A stretch of 64,000 nt of DNA from a bacterium (GCA_021815445.1 JAKAGM010000001.1:787710-851709); one strand, 5' to 3'; shown: positions 50,265-60,445, counted from the first letter of the stretch. Program-made: numbers and translations. The notes: a model not told the origin generated them from the sequence alone.

Positions 50265-50338
50265 CAGATGCCGTTTTTTCTTAATCAAATAGATCAGCAA
50301 GATGACAATCCGCTGTTTTTGCGTTAGTGTACAGGTAT

Positions 50339-51853
50339 ATGGATGTTAAAAAGCTCAACAAACTCTCCGCTCGTGTAAAGCGGAAAAAAGATTTTTCGTT
50401 TATCTCCGCCCTACAAAAAAGCTCTCCCAAGGCGGAAATTTTTCTCGTGGGCGGTATTATTCGCGACACGCTTCTCGGACGGGAATCAAAGGACTATGAT
50501 TTTGTGGTTCGGAATGTCCCCTTGCGAACGCTTCAACAGACGCTGAAAAAGCTGGGAACGGTGAATCTCGTCGGACGCACGTTCGGCGTCCTGAAGTTTC
50601 TGCCGAAACATGCGACGCTCGATGAACATATTGACATTGCGCTCCCCCGGACTGACTTTGCCTTCGGGAGCGGCGGGTATAAGGATGTCAAAACGCAGTC
50701 CAACCCGAAACTGGCAATTACCGATGACCTGTCACGAAGAGATTTCACCGTTAATGCAATGGCCTGGAACATGTCTCAGAAACTCTTAATAGACCCTCAT
50801 GGCGGGATGCGGGACCTGGAGCGGAAGGTAATCCGGACTGTCGGCGATCCTATAGAGCGATTCCACGAGGATTTCACGCGTATATTGAGATGCATACGGT
50901 TTTCTTGCCAGCTGGGATTTGAAATATATCCCAAAGTACTGCGCGCGGTTGCCAAGCTTGCCCGCCACCTGAAGGAACAGAGGGACGGTGTATTCATCGT
51001 ACCGCGAGAGATGGTCGCGCACGAACTGATAAAAGCTTTTGTAGCAGATCCTGTCCGAGCGCTCGATGTATGCGATGAAACTGGTATTGTTAACATTTTG
51101 ATGCCTGAACTGCTTACGATGAAAGGATGCCAGCAACCGAAAAACTTTCACCAGGAGGGGGATGTGTGGACACATACGCGTCTGGCGCTGTATATACTCA
51201 TGTCACCGCAGTACGTGAAGCAATTCGGCAAGGAGCACATAAACGCCGAAATTGTATTTGCCACTCTTTTTCATGACCTCGGCAAACCGTATACCATCCA
51301 GACGCCAAAAAAAGACCATACGGACAGGATACGGTTTAACAACCACGACGTGGTAGGCGCGGAAAAGGCCCTCGACATCATGAAACGCCTATCGTTTTCA
51401 GTCTTTCCTAAAACCAATGAGCGCCTGCACGTGGACCCTGACAACGTGGCGTGGATTGTCCGGCACCATCTCGTGGGATACCGCAATGATATCGATGCCA
51501 TGCGCGAGACGACGGTGGAAAAGTATTTCATCAGCGATCGCTTCCCTTCCCAAAGTCTGATTAAAGTGCAATACGCCGATACAGCCGCGACAATCCATGA
51601 CGACCGGAAAGTGGATTTTTCCAGCTTTCGGAAAATTCTCCGGCGGGTATCCGCGATAAAACGGAAAAGCGGAAATAAGAAATCAGCTCCCCCTCCCCTT
51701 GTCGACGGAAACGACGTGATGCAAGCTTTAAAAATACCCTCCGGTAAAGCCGTCGGGGAGTATCTCGAGAAAGTTCGCGAGGCGCAACTTGGCGGCAAGG
51801 TGAATACAAAGGCTCTCGCGCTGAGATGGCTTAAGAAATCTGCGCGCATATGA
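50339..51853 (+). CDS. cca: CCA-adding tRNA nucleotidyltransferase with HD domain
   Basis: LVGGIIRD..LG..SKDYDF, DLSRRDFTVNAMA, RFHED..RILR, HQEGDVWTHT, FHDLGKP. Confidence 0.92.
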   Translation: MDVKKLNKLSARVKRKKDFSFISALQKSSPKAEIFLVGGIIRDTLLGRESKDYDFVVRNVPLRTLQQTLKKLGTVNLVGRTFGVLKFLPKHATLDEHIDIALPRTDFAFGSGGYKDVKTQSNPKLAITDDLSRRDFTVNAMAWNMSQKLLIDPHGGMRDLERKVIRTVGDPIERFHEDFTRILRCIRFSCQLGFEIYPKVLRAVAKLARHLKEQRDGVFIVPREMVAHELIKAFVADPVRALDVCDETGIVNILMPELLTMKGCQQPKNFHQEGDVWTHTRLALYILMSPQYVKQFGKEHINAEIVFATLFHDLGKPYTIQTPKKDHTDRIRFNNHDVVGAEKALDIMKRLSFSVFPKTNERLHVDPDNVAWIVRHHLVGYRNDIDAMRETTVEKYFISDRFPSQSLIKVQYADTAATIHDDRKVDFSSFRKILRRVSAIKRKSGNKKSAPPPLVDGNDVMQALKIPSGKAVGEYLEKVREAQLGGKVNTKALALRWLKKSARI

Positions 51854-52806
51854 ATACAGAACCTCTAACCATAGACAGCCAAAAAGCCGGCCTCAGATTG
51901 GATCATTTTTTAGTCCAGCAGTTGCCTCATATCTCGCGCTCCCGGCTACAAAAGTTTATCAAGGAGCAGAAAGTTACGGTTAACGGCAACCATCCTTCCG
52001 TACATCAGTTTCTCAAAGAGGGAGATATAGTTGCATTGGCATTCGAACCGTCGGAAACCAACGAGAGAGAGAAAGTGGGGAATACTCGTAATTGGAAAAT
52101 AGATATTATCGCCGAGAAACCTGATTATCTCATAGTCAACAAGCCCGCGGGAATCCTCGTGCATCCGGCCGAATCAGCCCGTGAGTACACGCTTGTCGAT
52201 TATATCCTCGAGCACTATCCCGAAATCAAAGGTGTGGGCGAAGATCCGTTGCGGCCCGGCATCGTCCACAGGCTCGATCGCGACGTCTCCGGAGTAATGG
52301 TCATCGCGCGCACCTGGAATATGTACGAGCATTTGCGGACGCTGTTTCGAGACAGAAAAGTGACCAAAGAATACGAGGCACTGGTCCACGGCAGTCCCTC
52401 TGCGGCCGAAGGCGACATTAGCTTTTCTATCGGCAGGTCGAAGCAAGGCGACGGCAAGATGTCGGCGAAACCTGACGAATCAGGCAAAGCGGCCCATACA
52501 CGCTTTATCGTCCTCGAGTCGTTCCGTAATTACGCGCTGCTTCGTGTGATGCCCCAAACCGGCAGGATGCATCAAATCAGGGTCCACCTGCGCGCGTATG
52601 GTTTGCCGATTGTCGGCGACGCGCTTTATCATGCCCGCCAGCGAAAAAATGATCTTGGCGCGGCAAGACCGCTTCTCTCCGCGGTGAAACTGTCGTTTGC
52701 GGATCTCACGGGTGCAGTGCAGACTTATTCGGCTCCAAGGCCTGAAGATTTCGACCACATCCTTGAAAGCTTACGAAACTCGAACACAGTGAAAAAGAAG
52801 ATATAA
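51850..52806 (+). CDS. RluA/RluD family 23S rRNA pseudouridine synthase
   Basis: S4 domain, NKPAG, HRLDRDVSG, TGRMHQIRVH, GDALY. Confidence 0.93.
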   Translation: MNTEPLTIDSQKAGLRLDHFLVQQLPHISRSRLQKFIKEQKVTVNGNHPSVHQFLKEGDIVALAFEPSETNEREKVGNTRNWKIDIIAEKPDYLIVNKPAGILVHPAESAREYTLVDYILEHYPEIKGVGEDPLRPGIVHRLDRDVSGVMVIARTWNMYEHLRTLFRDRKVTKEYEALVHGSPSAAEGDISFSIGRSKQGDGKMSAKPDESGKAAHTRFIVLESFRNYALLRVMPQTGRMHQIRVHLRAYGLPIVGDALYHARQRKNDLGAARPLLSAVKLSFADLTGAVQTYSAPRPEDFDHILESLRNSNTVKKKI

Positions 52807-52814
52807 AGGGGTCG

Positions 52815-52920
52815 ACCCCGTTAGAAAAAGTTGAGAAGACTGCCATGATAATCAAGGTTTTTTGACAGTCCGATACAATTTGATACCCTGGTCAATGTTT
52901 GGTACATCTTCTAACGGGGT
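52815..52920. mobile_element. MITE-like element with terminal inverted repeats
   Basis: ACCCCGTTAGAA 52815-52826 and TTCTAACGGGGT 52909-52920 enclosing about 80 non-coding bp. Confidence 0.7.
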
Positions 52921-52983
52921 TGACAGCCGCAGTTTTTTCGCTATACTTGAGAAAGTCTTATTTTTTCTACGTACGTTAGTGCT

Positions 52984-53358
52984 ATGTCTGATGATAAAAA
53001 GGGCGCAAAACAGCCTTCACCGACTGCTCAGGATGGGAAAAAAGAGTCTGCCCGGGAACCGCTTCCTGAGTTCAGGCCGGGCATGACAATCCGTGTCCAC
53101 CAAAGAATCCTCGGCGGTGAAAAGGAACGTACCCAAATATTCGAGGGTATGGTCATCGCGCGGCGCAGAGGAACTTCACAGGGAGCCACGTTTACCGTCA
53201 GGAAAATATCCGACGGTATAGGTGTTGAACGCATCTTTCCCTTGCACTCCCCGATCATTAAAAAGATTGAGCTGGTCAAAAACGTCAAGATCCGCCGCGC
53301 CAAACTTTACTACCTGAAGGACTACAAGAAACGGCTTAAGGAAGTGCCGATCAAGTAG
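52984..53358 (+). CDS. rplS: 50S ribosomal protein L19
   Basis: [43 protein letters not shown]. Confidence 0.96.
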   Translation: MSDDKKGAKQPSPTAQDGKKESAREPLPEFRPGMTIRVHQRILGGEKERTQIFEGMVIARRRGTSQGATFTVRKISDGIGVERIFPLHSPIIKKIELVKNVKIRRAKLYYLKDYKKRLKEVPIK

Positions 53359-53517
53359 CCGTCGGTCGAATACTTTTTTCCCTCTCCAGTACAGTTCCTC
53401 CCTGGAAGCTGCGTTTTTCTTGTCATTGCGGAGGTCGATGCAAATGGTCAAACCAAGCCCTTTTCACCTTGAAAATTAATAACGTTTTGGCTATACTAGG
53501 ATGTACTTTGGAGTCAT

Positions 53518-53601
53518 GCGCGGGTGGCGTAATTGGTAAACGCGCTAGCTTGAGGGGCTAGTGGCCGTAAGGCCGTGGAGGTTCGAGTCCTCTTCCGCGC
53601 A
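53518..53601 (+). tRNA. tRNA-Leu(GAG)
   Basis: GCGCGGG acceptor, CTAGC-TTGAGGG-GCTAG arm, long variable arm, GGTTCGAGTCC. Confidence 0.94.
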
Positions 53602-53634
53602 GATAGAATTCACCAAGGTACGCTAAAAGTGCAG

Positions 53635-53849
53635 GAATCCCACCGAGAGCACCAAGGGCAACTAATCCCGTTCCGCTATACGGAACGAGGATCTACGATC
53701 ACCGAAGGCGATTGGGACTCAGGTGGGTTCGAGCGGTATCCGCCTTTGCGGATAACGAGCAAACTGCTTTGCTTGCGACCGCGAGAACGGGCGGGCGATG
53801 TGAGCGCGAGCGAACCTGCTCGCCCAGGATAGAGCGTCTCGTTTACACC
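53635..53849 (+). pseudogene. Ghost tRNA 3' end plus interrupted tRNA-Val(TAC) 5' half
   Basis: GAATCCCACCGAGAGCACCA 53635-53654; GGGCAACTA 53656, CTCAGGTGG 53718, TAGAGCGTCTCGTTTACACC 53830-53849 (equals 53881-53900). Confidence 0.7.
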
Positions 53850-53860
53850 ATAATCGATGA

Positions 53861-53934
53861 GGACGATTAGCTCAGTTGGTTAGAGCGTCTCGTTTACACC
53901 GAGAAGGTCGTAGGTTCGAGTCCTACATCGTCCA
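53861..53934 (+). tRNA. tRNA-Val(TAC)
   Basis: GGACGAT acceptor, TCTCG-TTTACAC-CGAGA arm, GGTTCGAGTCC. Confidence 0.95.
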
Positions 53935-53955
53935 TGTAAATCAATTCTTATACGT

Positions 53956-54210
53956 ATGAGATATTTTCTCGGCATCATATTTATCGGCATCGGTTTCCTC
54001 ATTGTATGGAAATCCGACTGGTTCATGGAGAATTTCGGAAGGATAGAATTCGCAGAAAAATACCTCGGCTCAGGCTGGGGCGGTACGCGTGTTTTTTACA
54101 AACTCTTAGGCATCCTGATCATCATTATTGCCTTTATGTACATGAGCGGCTTGCTTCAGTCCATCCTTGGCAGTATTTTCAGCCCTACCCGCAAGGTACT
54201 TTCACAGTAA
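53956..54210 (+). CDS. Small 2-TM hypothetical protein
   Basis: FGRIEFAEKYLG..GGTRVFYKLLG motif between two TMs. Confidence 0.7.
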   Translation: MRYFLGIIFIGIGFLIVWKSDWFMENFGRIEFAEKYLGSGWGGTRVFYKLLGILIIIIAFMYMSGLLQSILGSIFSPTRKVLSQ

Positions 54211-54216
54211 AACCAA

Positions 54217-54372
54217 GGGCCCTTAGCTTCCGCCAGCGGCGGACCCGCCTTTGACGGGCATTTGGGTCGAGTCAACAAGCGAACAGAACTGCTTCTGTTC
54301 GCGCGGGACGAGACGGGCTAAGCGATGTCTGGCGCAGCCAGACAGCGAAGCCCCGAAAGAGCGCCGCGTTTG
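54217..54372 (+). pseudogene. Interrupted 5' half of tRNA-Ala(TGC)
   Basis: GGGCCCTTAGCT 54217-54228, insert, CATTTGG 54259-54265, insert, AGAGCGCCGCGTTTG 54358-54372; all match the intact tRNA at 54408. Confidence 0.85.
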
Positions 54373-54407
54373 TACCTTTGAATACGAATAGAATTGAATC
54401 CCTTTAT

Positions 54408-54483
54408 GGGCCCTTAGCTCATTTGGTAGAGCGCCGCGTTTGCAACGCGGAGGTGACCGGTTCGAGCCCGGTAGGGTCCACCA
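54408..54483 (+). tRNA. tRNA-Ala(TGC)
   Basis: GGGCCCT/AGGGTCC with G3:U70, CCGCG-TTTGCAA-CGCGG arm, encoded CCA. Confidence 0.96.
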
Positions 54484-54495
54484 TATTTCTAGGCT

Positions 54496-55287
54496 ATGCC
54501 GAATAAAAAACTTATAACAACACTAACCGCAGTTGTGGTTGTGGCACTTTTGGTACTTGCTGCCTTTTTTTTATTTCGCTCTACACCTTCAAATATGACG
54601 AATGTAAACCAGACGACAGGTCAAAATACTAATCAGCAACTCAATAGCAATATAACAACCGCCGATTTCAACACAAACTCAGCCCCGGTAATTTCGAATA
54701 CCAACGCACCACCACTCAACATCAACACAATACCCGTGAATACCGCCGCACCAGCATTACTCGCATACCCGATCGACAAATTCCAACAACGGGCCACCGC
54801 AAACTTTTTCGGCACTTACTACCCCGTGGGAGGCCACGACCATCCCGACCTTAAAGTGTGCCCTACCGCAAAATACTATTCCGGCTACCACACCGGCATG
54901 GACTTGGAAACGTTTTCTACTGAATTAAATACTTCCGTGCCTGTGTTTGCCATCGCCGACGGCATAGTCCGGCAGGCAGGCCCGGTGACCGGCTATGGGA
55001 CTCTGGTGGTAATCGGATTCAGCCTCAAGGGCGATGACTATACCACCTACTACGGGCATATCAACGGCAGCACGGTCACTGTGAAAGCCGGCGATGCAGT
55101 TACTCAAGGTGAAAAAATCGCCGAGCTTGGCCCGGCCTGTTCGTCGGCAAACGGCGACGTCAGGAAACATCTACATTTCGGCTTACATAAGGGCGCCGGC
55201 ATCGACGTGCGCGGGTATGTGCCAGATAAAACTACCCTGGACAACTGGGTAGACTCCGCAACGTTCTTTAGTGCTAACGGGCTATAG
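54496..55287 (+). CDS. M23 family metallopeptidase, membrane anchored
   Basis: HTGMD, AIADG.V, YGH, HLHFG motifs; N-terminal TM and Asn/Thr linker. Confidence 0.9.
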   Translation: MPNKKLITTLTAVVVVALLVLAAFFLFRSTPSNMTNVNQTTGQNTNQQLNSNITTADFNTNSAPVISNTNAPPLNINTIPVNTAAPALLAYPIDKFQQRATANFFGTYYPVGGHDHPDLKVCPTAKYYSGYHTGMDLETFSTELNTSVPVFAIADGIVRQAGPVTGYGTLVVIGFSLKGDDYTTYYGHINGSTVTVKAGDAVTQGEKIAELGPACSSANGDVRKHLHFGLHKGAGIDVRGYVPDKTTLDNWVDSATFFSANGL

Positions 55288-55449
55288 CAGAACCCGCCTG
55301 GAGGACACCACATTTACTATTCCCTCCCTGCTTAAGTGCTCAAATAACCAAGGGCCTACCGAGGAAAAGCTATTGCACATTTGGATGGTTTTTGGTAAGG
55401 TCTGCACGAGAACATTGAATATAAAAGACAGAACAGAAACGAGGCCTCA

Positions 55450-55968
55450 ATGCTTATCCTGGAATCTCTGTGGTTTTTGTTGCCGCTCATCATGGCAAAT
55501 CAGTGTCCGGGATTTGCGGCCAAGCTCGCTCTTCCCGGATCCCATACACCTGTATCCCGGAAATGGCTCGGGAAAAACAAAACAATTGCAGCATACTATG
55601 CTGCACCCTTCGGCGCACTCTGCACGCTCTACGTGCAACGGTGGATACCACTGTGGTCCGCAAAATTCGGGCTCTTCTACTATGACCGCCCCGACCTATG
55701 GATCATCGGAATCGTCCTGGGGGTAGCCGTCGTGATCGGAGATCATGCAAAGTCTTTCATCAAGCGGCGTATCGGCAAACCCCCGGGAGCCCGATGGTGG
55801 CCCTTCGATCAGCTCGATTTCGTTGTGGCGGGGATTATCCTAAGCATTCCGCTGGTAGGATGGATCGGTTGGCAGAGAGCGCTCACGATGTGCTTGTGCG
55901 TTCTGCTCGTTCATCCGATTGGAAACCGGATTGGCTACCGCATCGGAATCCGCAAGTCCCCTTGGTAG
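55450..55968 (+). CDS. CDP-archaeol synthase (CarS/DUF46)-like cytidylyltransferase
   Basis: LP..MAN..P, LGKNKT, GD.AKSFIKRRIG..PG..W.PFDQLDF, GIRKSPW. Confidence 0.85.
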   Translation: MLILESLWFLLPLIMANQCPGFAAKLALPGSHTPVSRKWLGKNKTIAAYYAAPFGALCTLYVQRWIPLWSAKFGLFYYDRPDLWIIGIVLGVAVVIGDHAKSFIKRRIGKPPGARWWPFDQLDFVVAGIILSIPLVGWIGWQRALTMCLCVLLVHPIGNRIGYRIGIRKSPW

Positions 55969-56009
55969 TCAAAAAAACTCTGGCTGATGTCCCCGCATCA
56001 GCTTTTTTC

Positions 56010-58040
56010 TTAACTGCTCAGGCTTATTGATTTGAGAAGTATTCTTCCTGATTGAGCGGGCAGGACTCCGATCTGTTCCGTGGCATCCCCGAGCGACCAG
56101 TTGAGATACTGGCAAAGAGGAATTCGGACAGTAACATCGGTTCCATCCCCATAGGTATATTTGAGGTTATTGTTCCCCGAGATTGCATTTGCTTTGCCCC
56201 AGTAAAGCGAAACCTGCCGCTGGCCGAAATCGTGAGCAGTATCAACAAAAGAGAATTGAATATCCATATACCTGTAGCTGCCGTTAAAGACTGCAGGGAA
56301 CACCGGACTTTTGAGGAGATTTTTCGTAGCCACGGGAATATCGACAGTCACGCCGTCCTTCACCTGCGTATGTATGAGATTGCCGAACTGCCATGATGCG
56401 ACAGTTGCCGGGTCGCTGAAGTTCCAGGTGAGTGTTGGCGCCGTACTCCCCTGGGCCTGCTTCAATTTGTCTATAGTCGCGGCATCTTGTTCGACGAAAC
56501 GCTTTTGTGTGTTATCCCAGGTGATGATAGCCAAGCGATTGTCGGCATCCACCCGGCATAGCGGCGAATCAGGATACGCCACGGGACCGACAAGGTATGT
56601 ATGCAGCGCTTTATTGTTCGTTATTTCATACACCATACCTTGGACGATGTGGTTGCCGAACATTGTATAGGCGCCATACGTCAGGCCTGACAAACGCTTA
56701 ACGAAAAGGTCTGTCGGGTTATTCCGGAGCAGATCAGCGTGCTGGGCCTGGAATGTCGCGTGGACTTGTCCGACTTCATTCGAAGCCAAACTCCAAGGAA
56801 CCGCATTCAGTTTCCACAGGACAGCAAAAAGGAGAAATACCATCACAAAACCCACTTTACGGATAACTGAAAGTTTTTTCTTCTCGCTTTCTGTAGCCCA
56901 AAAGATGAATGTAATGAGTACAGCGTAGCCTATTGAGCTGAGAAAAAAGAGTCGTGATGCGGAAAGCTGTGCCGGGCTGATGGCGCCGCTCAGGCCATAA
57001 ACGGGAATGAATGCTACCAGCGACCAGCCAAGCGCGAAAAGGAGGATAGTCTTTCTAAGGGGATTTTTTGCGAGGAAAAAATAAACGATGAGCGCTACTA
57101 GCGCTGCAGCCGCGGCATATTGCCAATTGGCGAATACTTTTTGCACAAAAGAATACAGTGCTGCCACGAAACTCCCTTTCCCGAACCGTGCTATCGCGTA
57201 GTCCCAATTCACGAGATACAGAATGGAGGTAAACGGCTTGGCAATGTTGGAGAGAGTAAAGTGCACTCCCGCCTCTTCCCCGCCGACTAAGTACCCGCCT
57301 ATAGCGCTATGGAGGACGCGGCTCCGGGCCAAGAGCACGCCGCCAAGCATGGCTATCCAGGGAATAAGTAAAAGCGCTTTTTTGATAAATGTTTTGAGCG
57401 GGCGCAAAGGAATACAGACACATAGGGCGCCAAATAGAAAGACTGGAGTAAATAGCCCCGTTTCTTTACTGAGCATTGCAGCGATGCTAAAAACCAAACT
57501 TATCACGTACCAAAGAACCCGATTTGACCGTAGATATGTGGCGAATGAAGCTACGGCAAGAATGAGAAAAGTTGTTGCGTACAGGTCGGGGCGGCCGGCA
57601 ATCCAAGTCACCACTTCGTGTTGAGAAGGATACACGGCAAAAAGTGCCGCAGCGGCAAACGCAAGCGAGCGATTGCGGAAAAGTTGCCACATCATCCAGG
57701 CAACTCCGAGGATGAGAACATAGTGGAAAAGGAACTGGTGGACATGATAACCAACCGGCGAGTATCCCGAGAGTGCGTAGTCAATCTGGAAACTCCACGC
57801 GATAAGCGGGCGGTAGAAACGTCCCCCATTTTGGGTTTGGAACACCTCAAACCATTGTCCATTCTCTATGTGCGTCCGCGCAGTCCCGATCCAATCATAG
57901 TCGTCAGATAAAAATCGGTTATGAAGATGCGGGCCCTGAAGGATGAGGACAAGGGCGAGCATGGCAACGCAAAAAACTATCCAGCGCATCTGTGGAGAGG
58001 TCTGGGCAAACATTGTGGTTATACGTTGCCGTTGCATCAT
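56010..58040 (-). CDS. GT-C fold membrane glycosyltransferase (PMT/TMTC-like)
   Basis: FLSDDY, FYRPL, GYH, FAVYP..HEVVTWIAGR.D, LSKET; multiple TMs plus extracellular C-domain. Confidence 0.8.
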   Translation of the reverse strand: MMQRQRITTMFAQTSPQMRWIVFCVAMLALVLILQGPHLHNRFLSDDYDWIGTARTHIENGQWFEVFQTQNGGRFYRPLIAWSFQIDYALSGYSPVGYHVHQFLFHYVLILGVAWMMWQLFRNRSLAFAAAALFAVYPSQHEVVTWIAGRPDLYATTFLILAVASFATYLRSNRVLWYVISLVFSIAAMLSKETGLFTPVFLFGALCVCIPLRPLKTFIKKALLLIPWIAMLGGVLLARSRVLHSAIGGYLVGGEEAGVHFTLSNIAKPFTSILYLVNWDYAIARFGKGSFVAALYSFVQKVFANWQYAAAAALVALIVYFFLAKNPLRKTILLFALGWSLVAFIPVYGLSGAISPAQLSASRLFFLSSIGYAVLITFIFWATESEKKKLSVIRKVGFVMVFLLFAVLWKLNAVPWSLASNEVGQVHATFQAQHADLLRNNPTDLFVKRLSGLTYGAYTMFGNHIVQGMVYEITNNKALHTYLVGPVAYPDSPLCRVDADNRLAIITWDNTQKRFVEQDAATIDKLKQAQGSTAPTLTWNFSDPATVASWQFGNLIHTQVKDGVTVDIPVATKNLLKSPVFPAVFNGSYRYMDIQFSFVDTAHDFGQRQVSLYWGKANAISGNNNLKYTYGDGTDVTVRIPLCQYLNWSLGDATEQIGVLPAQSGRILLKSISLSS

Positions 58041-58264
58041 ACTGATCGCGACAAGGTAAAGTCAGGAAAAGTCAGAAAATTCCCACAAAAAACTTTGGCG
58101 CAGAAGTGTGTCCTCCATGGAAATTCCCTCCCAGAATACACTGTGAAACTCACGGTGTCAATTTCAAAACAGGGCAGTCAAAGTTACGTGCTGCACGCAG
58201 AGATCTGTATCTTATTGCGAAAAAACACCTGCGAGACGAATATTTGCTGAGTTTTTGGGATGCG

Positions 58265-60445
58265 CTACCAATTTCCTCGGGCTCGTCTCACTCCTTCTTT
58301 ATACCTATCTTGTGTTCTGCGCTCTTTTTGTTGGAGCTCCTGGTATTTTGCATAATCAGCCGCTACCTCAGGCGGTGGCCCGGCCTTTTCTAAGGCATCC
58401 ACAACCGATTCTACATGCTTAAAGAACTCCGTGATGGTCATAGTTTTCTCCGAGATTTTCCTGATTTCCGGCTGTTGGAGCATTGCTCCAACACCCCTGT
58501 ACAGATCGTCTCGGCGCTGGTGTAATATACCGATTTTCACCCGATACTCCGCTACTTTTCTTTCCAGATCACGGACCTCCTGCTTCGCGTCTTCAACCTT
58601 TTTTCGGTGTTTTTCCTTCCCTAGGAGCATGGGCGAATTATGTTCCAACTTTTGTAGTTCCGCCTTCTTCCTTTCCGACTCTACCGTGGCAGCGTCGAGT
58701 TCACCTTCCATGCGCATTACCTCTCCGGCAAGCCCGGGGTAGGTTGCGGCGTCTCCGGCAATCTCTATAATATCGTCACCCTTGTATCGATACTGCCGCA
58801 AGTCGCCCAGGCTGGTGTCGAGCTTGGATATTTCACGTCCTCGTAGCTGCTGCGCACGGATGGTGCGCTCTGCCCGGTCAACCTCCGTATGTTGATCGAT
58901 AAACTCTTGCCGCTCGGCGCTTGCCCATTCGCTGTCCACCTTCACCCCCATGAGTTCTGTGGCTGTTTTGAAGGACTCGTGCTCTCTTTCAATATCCCGA
59001 TGCAATTCGCCGAGAGCTGTCGGAACATGCTCGCTGTTATTCCTGACTCGCCCCCTCACTGCGTCACTAAATGTAAGATGGAGATTTACTTCTGGGGCAG
59101 AGTAATCTTTTTTCGGAATAATATCATAGAGTTCGTAATCCTGCGTGCCGCGTACCTTGCCCGCCTTTATTTCCTCGAGAACAGTATTGAGAACACCCTG
59201 TATTTTTTCCAAATCGGCACGCATGACGGCTGGATCCAAAAGCTCAGGTGCGGACTGATATCCTCCCCCGTATCCGACTTGTTTACCTCGGAAAGGATGG
59301 TCCACGTCTACCGATTGAAGAAATTTTTCATACCCCGCCAGAGAACGATCATGTCGTTCGTCGAGCGACAGACTGCTCCCGACTGATCGTACCATGCTTT
59401 CGGCGTATGTTCGTGCGTCCCGTTCTTTGTGGTCCCACGGGGTATTGGCGCGTCGTGGATCCTTGTCATAGACCTGATACACGGCTTCCGCAAGACTCTG
59501 TTTCTGCCTGTCGATTACAGTCATAAGCCTGCGCACTTCACCGTATTCTTTGCCTAGATTATGGAGTTGCTCCATCTCGCGCTTTGCCGGCGCAAGTCCT
59601 TTGTGTTCCATGTGCGATTGAAATCCGCTTTCAATCGATTCGGCATATTGAGCTTTCATGTCGGCCTGATAAGCGGTGCGGCCGGCCGCACCGAGACCCG
59701 CTGTCGCTTCGACATCCCCCTGATGCACCATCTGCAGGTGCTCAACCTTGCCGATGGAGCCGAGAATCCTATTCGAGGTTGACCATTCGGGATCCGCCAG
59801 AGCGCGCAGTTCTTGCTCATGTCCCTCCTGAATTTTTTCTATACGCAGCGGGCGGCTCTCATCGAGAACTTGGGTTATCTCATGGTCAAGATGAGCGACA
59901 TGCCCATCGATCATATGCTGCAACTCCGCCATACTGGGCATGCGTTCTTTGTGTTTATTTGCTGTTTGGCCTTCCGTAGCTTCCTCGCCATCTGTGACCG
60001 GCATGCTCGGCCGTAACTGCTCTGCTACTCTCTTCTTGGTATTGCGAATAACGGCAACCCGTTCACGCGCAGCTGTTTTTTTCTGTTGATATGCGATTAC
60101 TTCGGGTTTCCGCGAATGATATTCCGATGAGAGAAGATCGCCAATACCCTTTATACCTTCTGCCTTGAGTATATCACCATACTTCTCCAATATTTCCACT
60201 AACGGCTTCCGTGCTATGCGGGCGCCTGCGACATCGGCGGAGAGCTTGTCGCCGCCGGCCAGGTCGAGGTCGGCGCGAAGCGCCAGCATGGCGGCTTTTT
60301 TTGCCTCAAGCTCCTTGAGTTTGGTTCCAGCACTCACGAACGCCTCTTCGCGCTCCTTGCGTTTTGCTTCCGCTTGGTCCCACTGTTGCCGCTGCCTGCG
60401 GAAATGCAATTCGTTGGCTAATGAGCCGTGCGTTTCTCTTTCCAT
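58265..60445 (-). CDS. Hypothetical coiled-coil protein
   Basis: 726-aa ORF rich in E/K/R heptads; no catalytic motif seen. Confidence 0.65.
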   Translation of the reverse strand: MERETHGSLANELHFRRQRQQWDQAEAKRKEREEAFVSAGTKLKELEAKKAAMLALRADLDLAGGDKLSADVAGARIARKPLVEILEKYGDILKAEGIKGIGDLLSSEYHSRKPEVIAYQQKKTAARERVAVIRNTKKRVAEQLRPSMPVTDGEEATEGQTANKHKERMPSMAELQHMIDGHVAHLDHEITQVLDESRPLRIEKIQEGHEQELRALADPEWSTSNRILGSIGKVEHLQMVHQGDVEATAGLGAAGRTAYQADMKAQYAESIESGFQSHMEHKGLAPAKREMEQLHNLGKEYGEVRRLMTVIDRQKQSLAEAVYQVYDKDPRRANTPWDHKERDARTYAESMVRSVGSSLSLDERHDRSLAGYEKFLQSVDVDHPFRGKQVGYGGGYQSAPELLDPAVMRADLEKIQGVLNTVLEEIKAGKVRGTQDYELYDIIPKKDYSAPEVNLHLTFSDAVRGRVRNNSEHVPTALGELHRDIEREHESFKTATELMGVKVDSEWASAERQEFIDQHTEVDRAERTIRAQQLRGREISKLDTSLGDLRQYRYKGDDIIEIAGDAATYPGLAGEVMRMEGELDAATVESERKKAELQKLEHNSPMLLGKEKHRKKVEDAKQEVRDLERKVAEYRVKIGILHQRRDDLYRGVGAMLQQPEIRKISEKTMTITEFFKHVESVVDALEKAGPPPEVAADYAKYQELQQKERRTQDRYKEGVRRARGNW

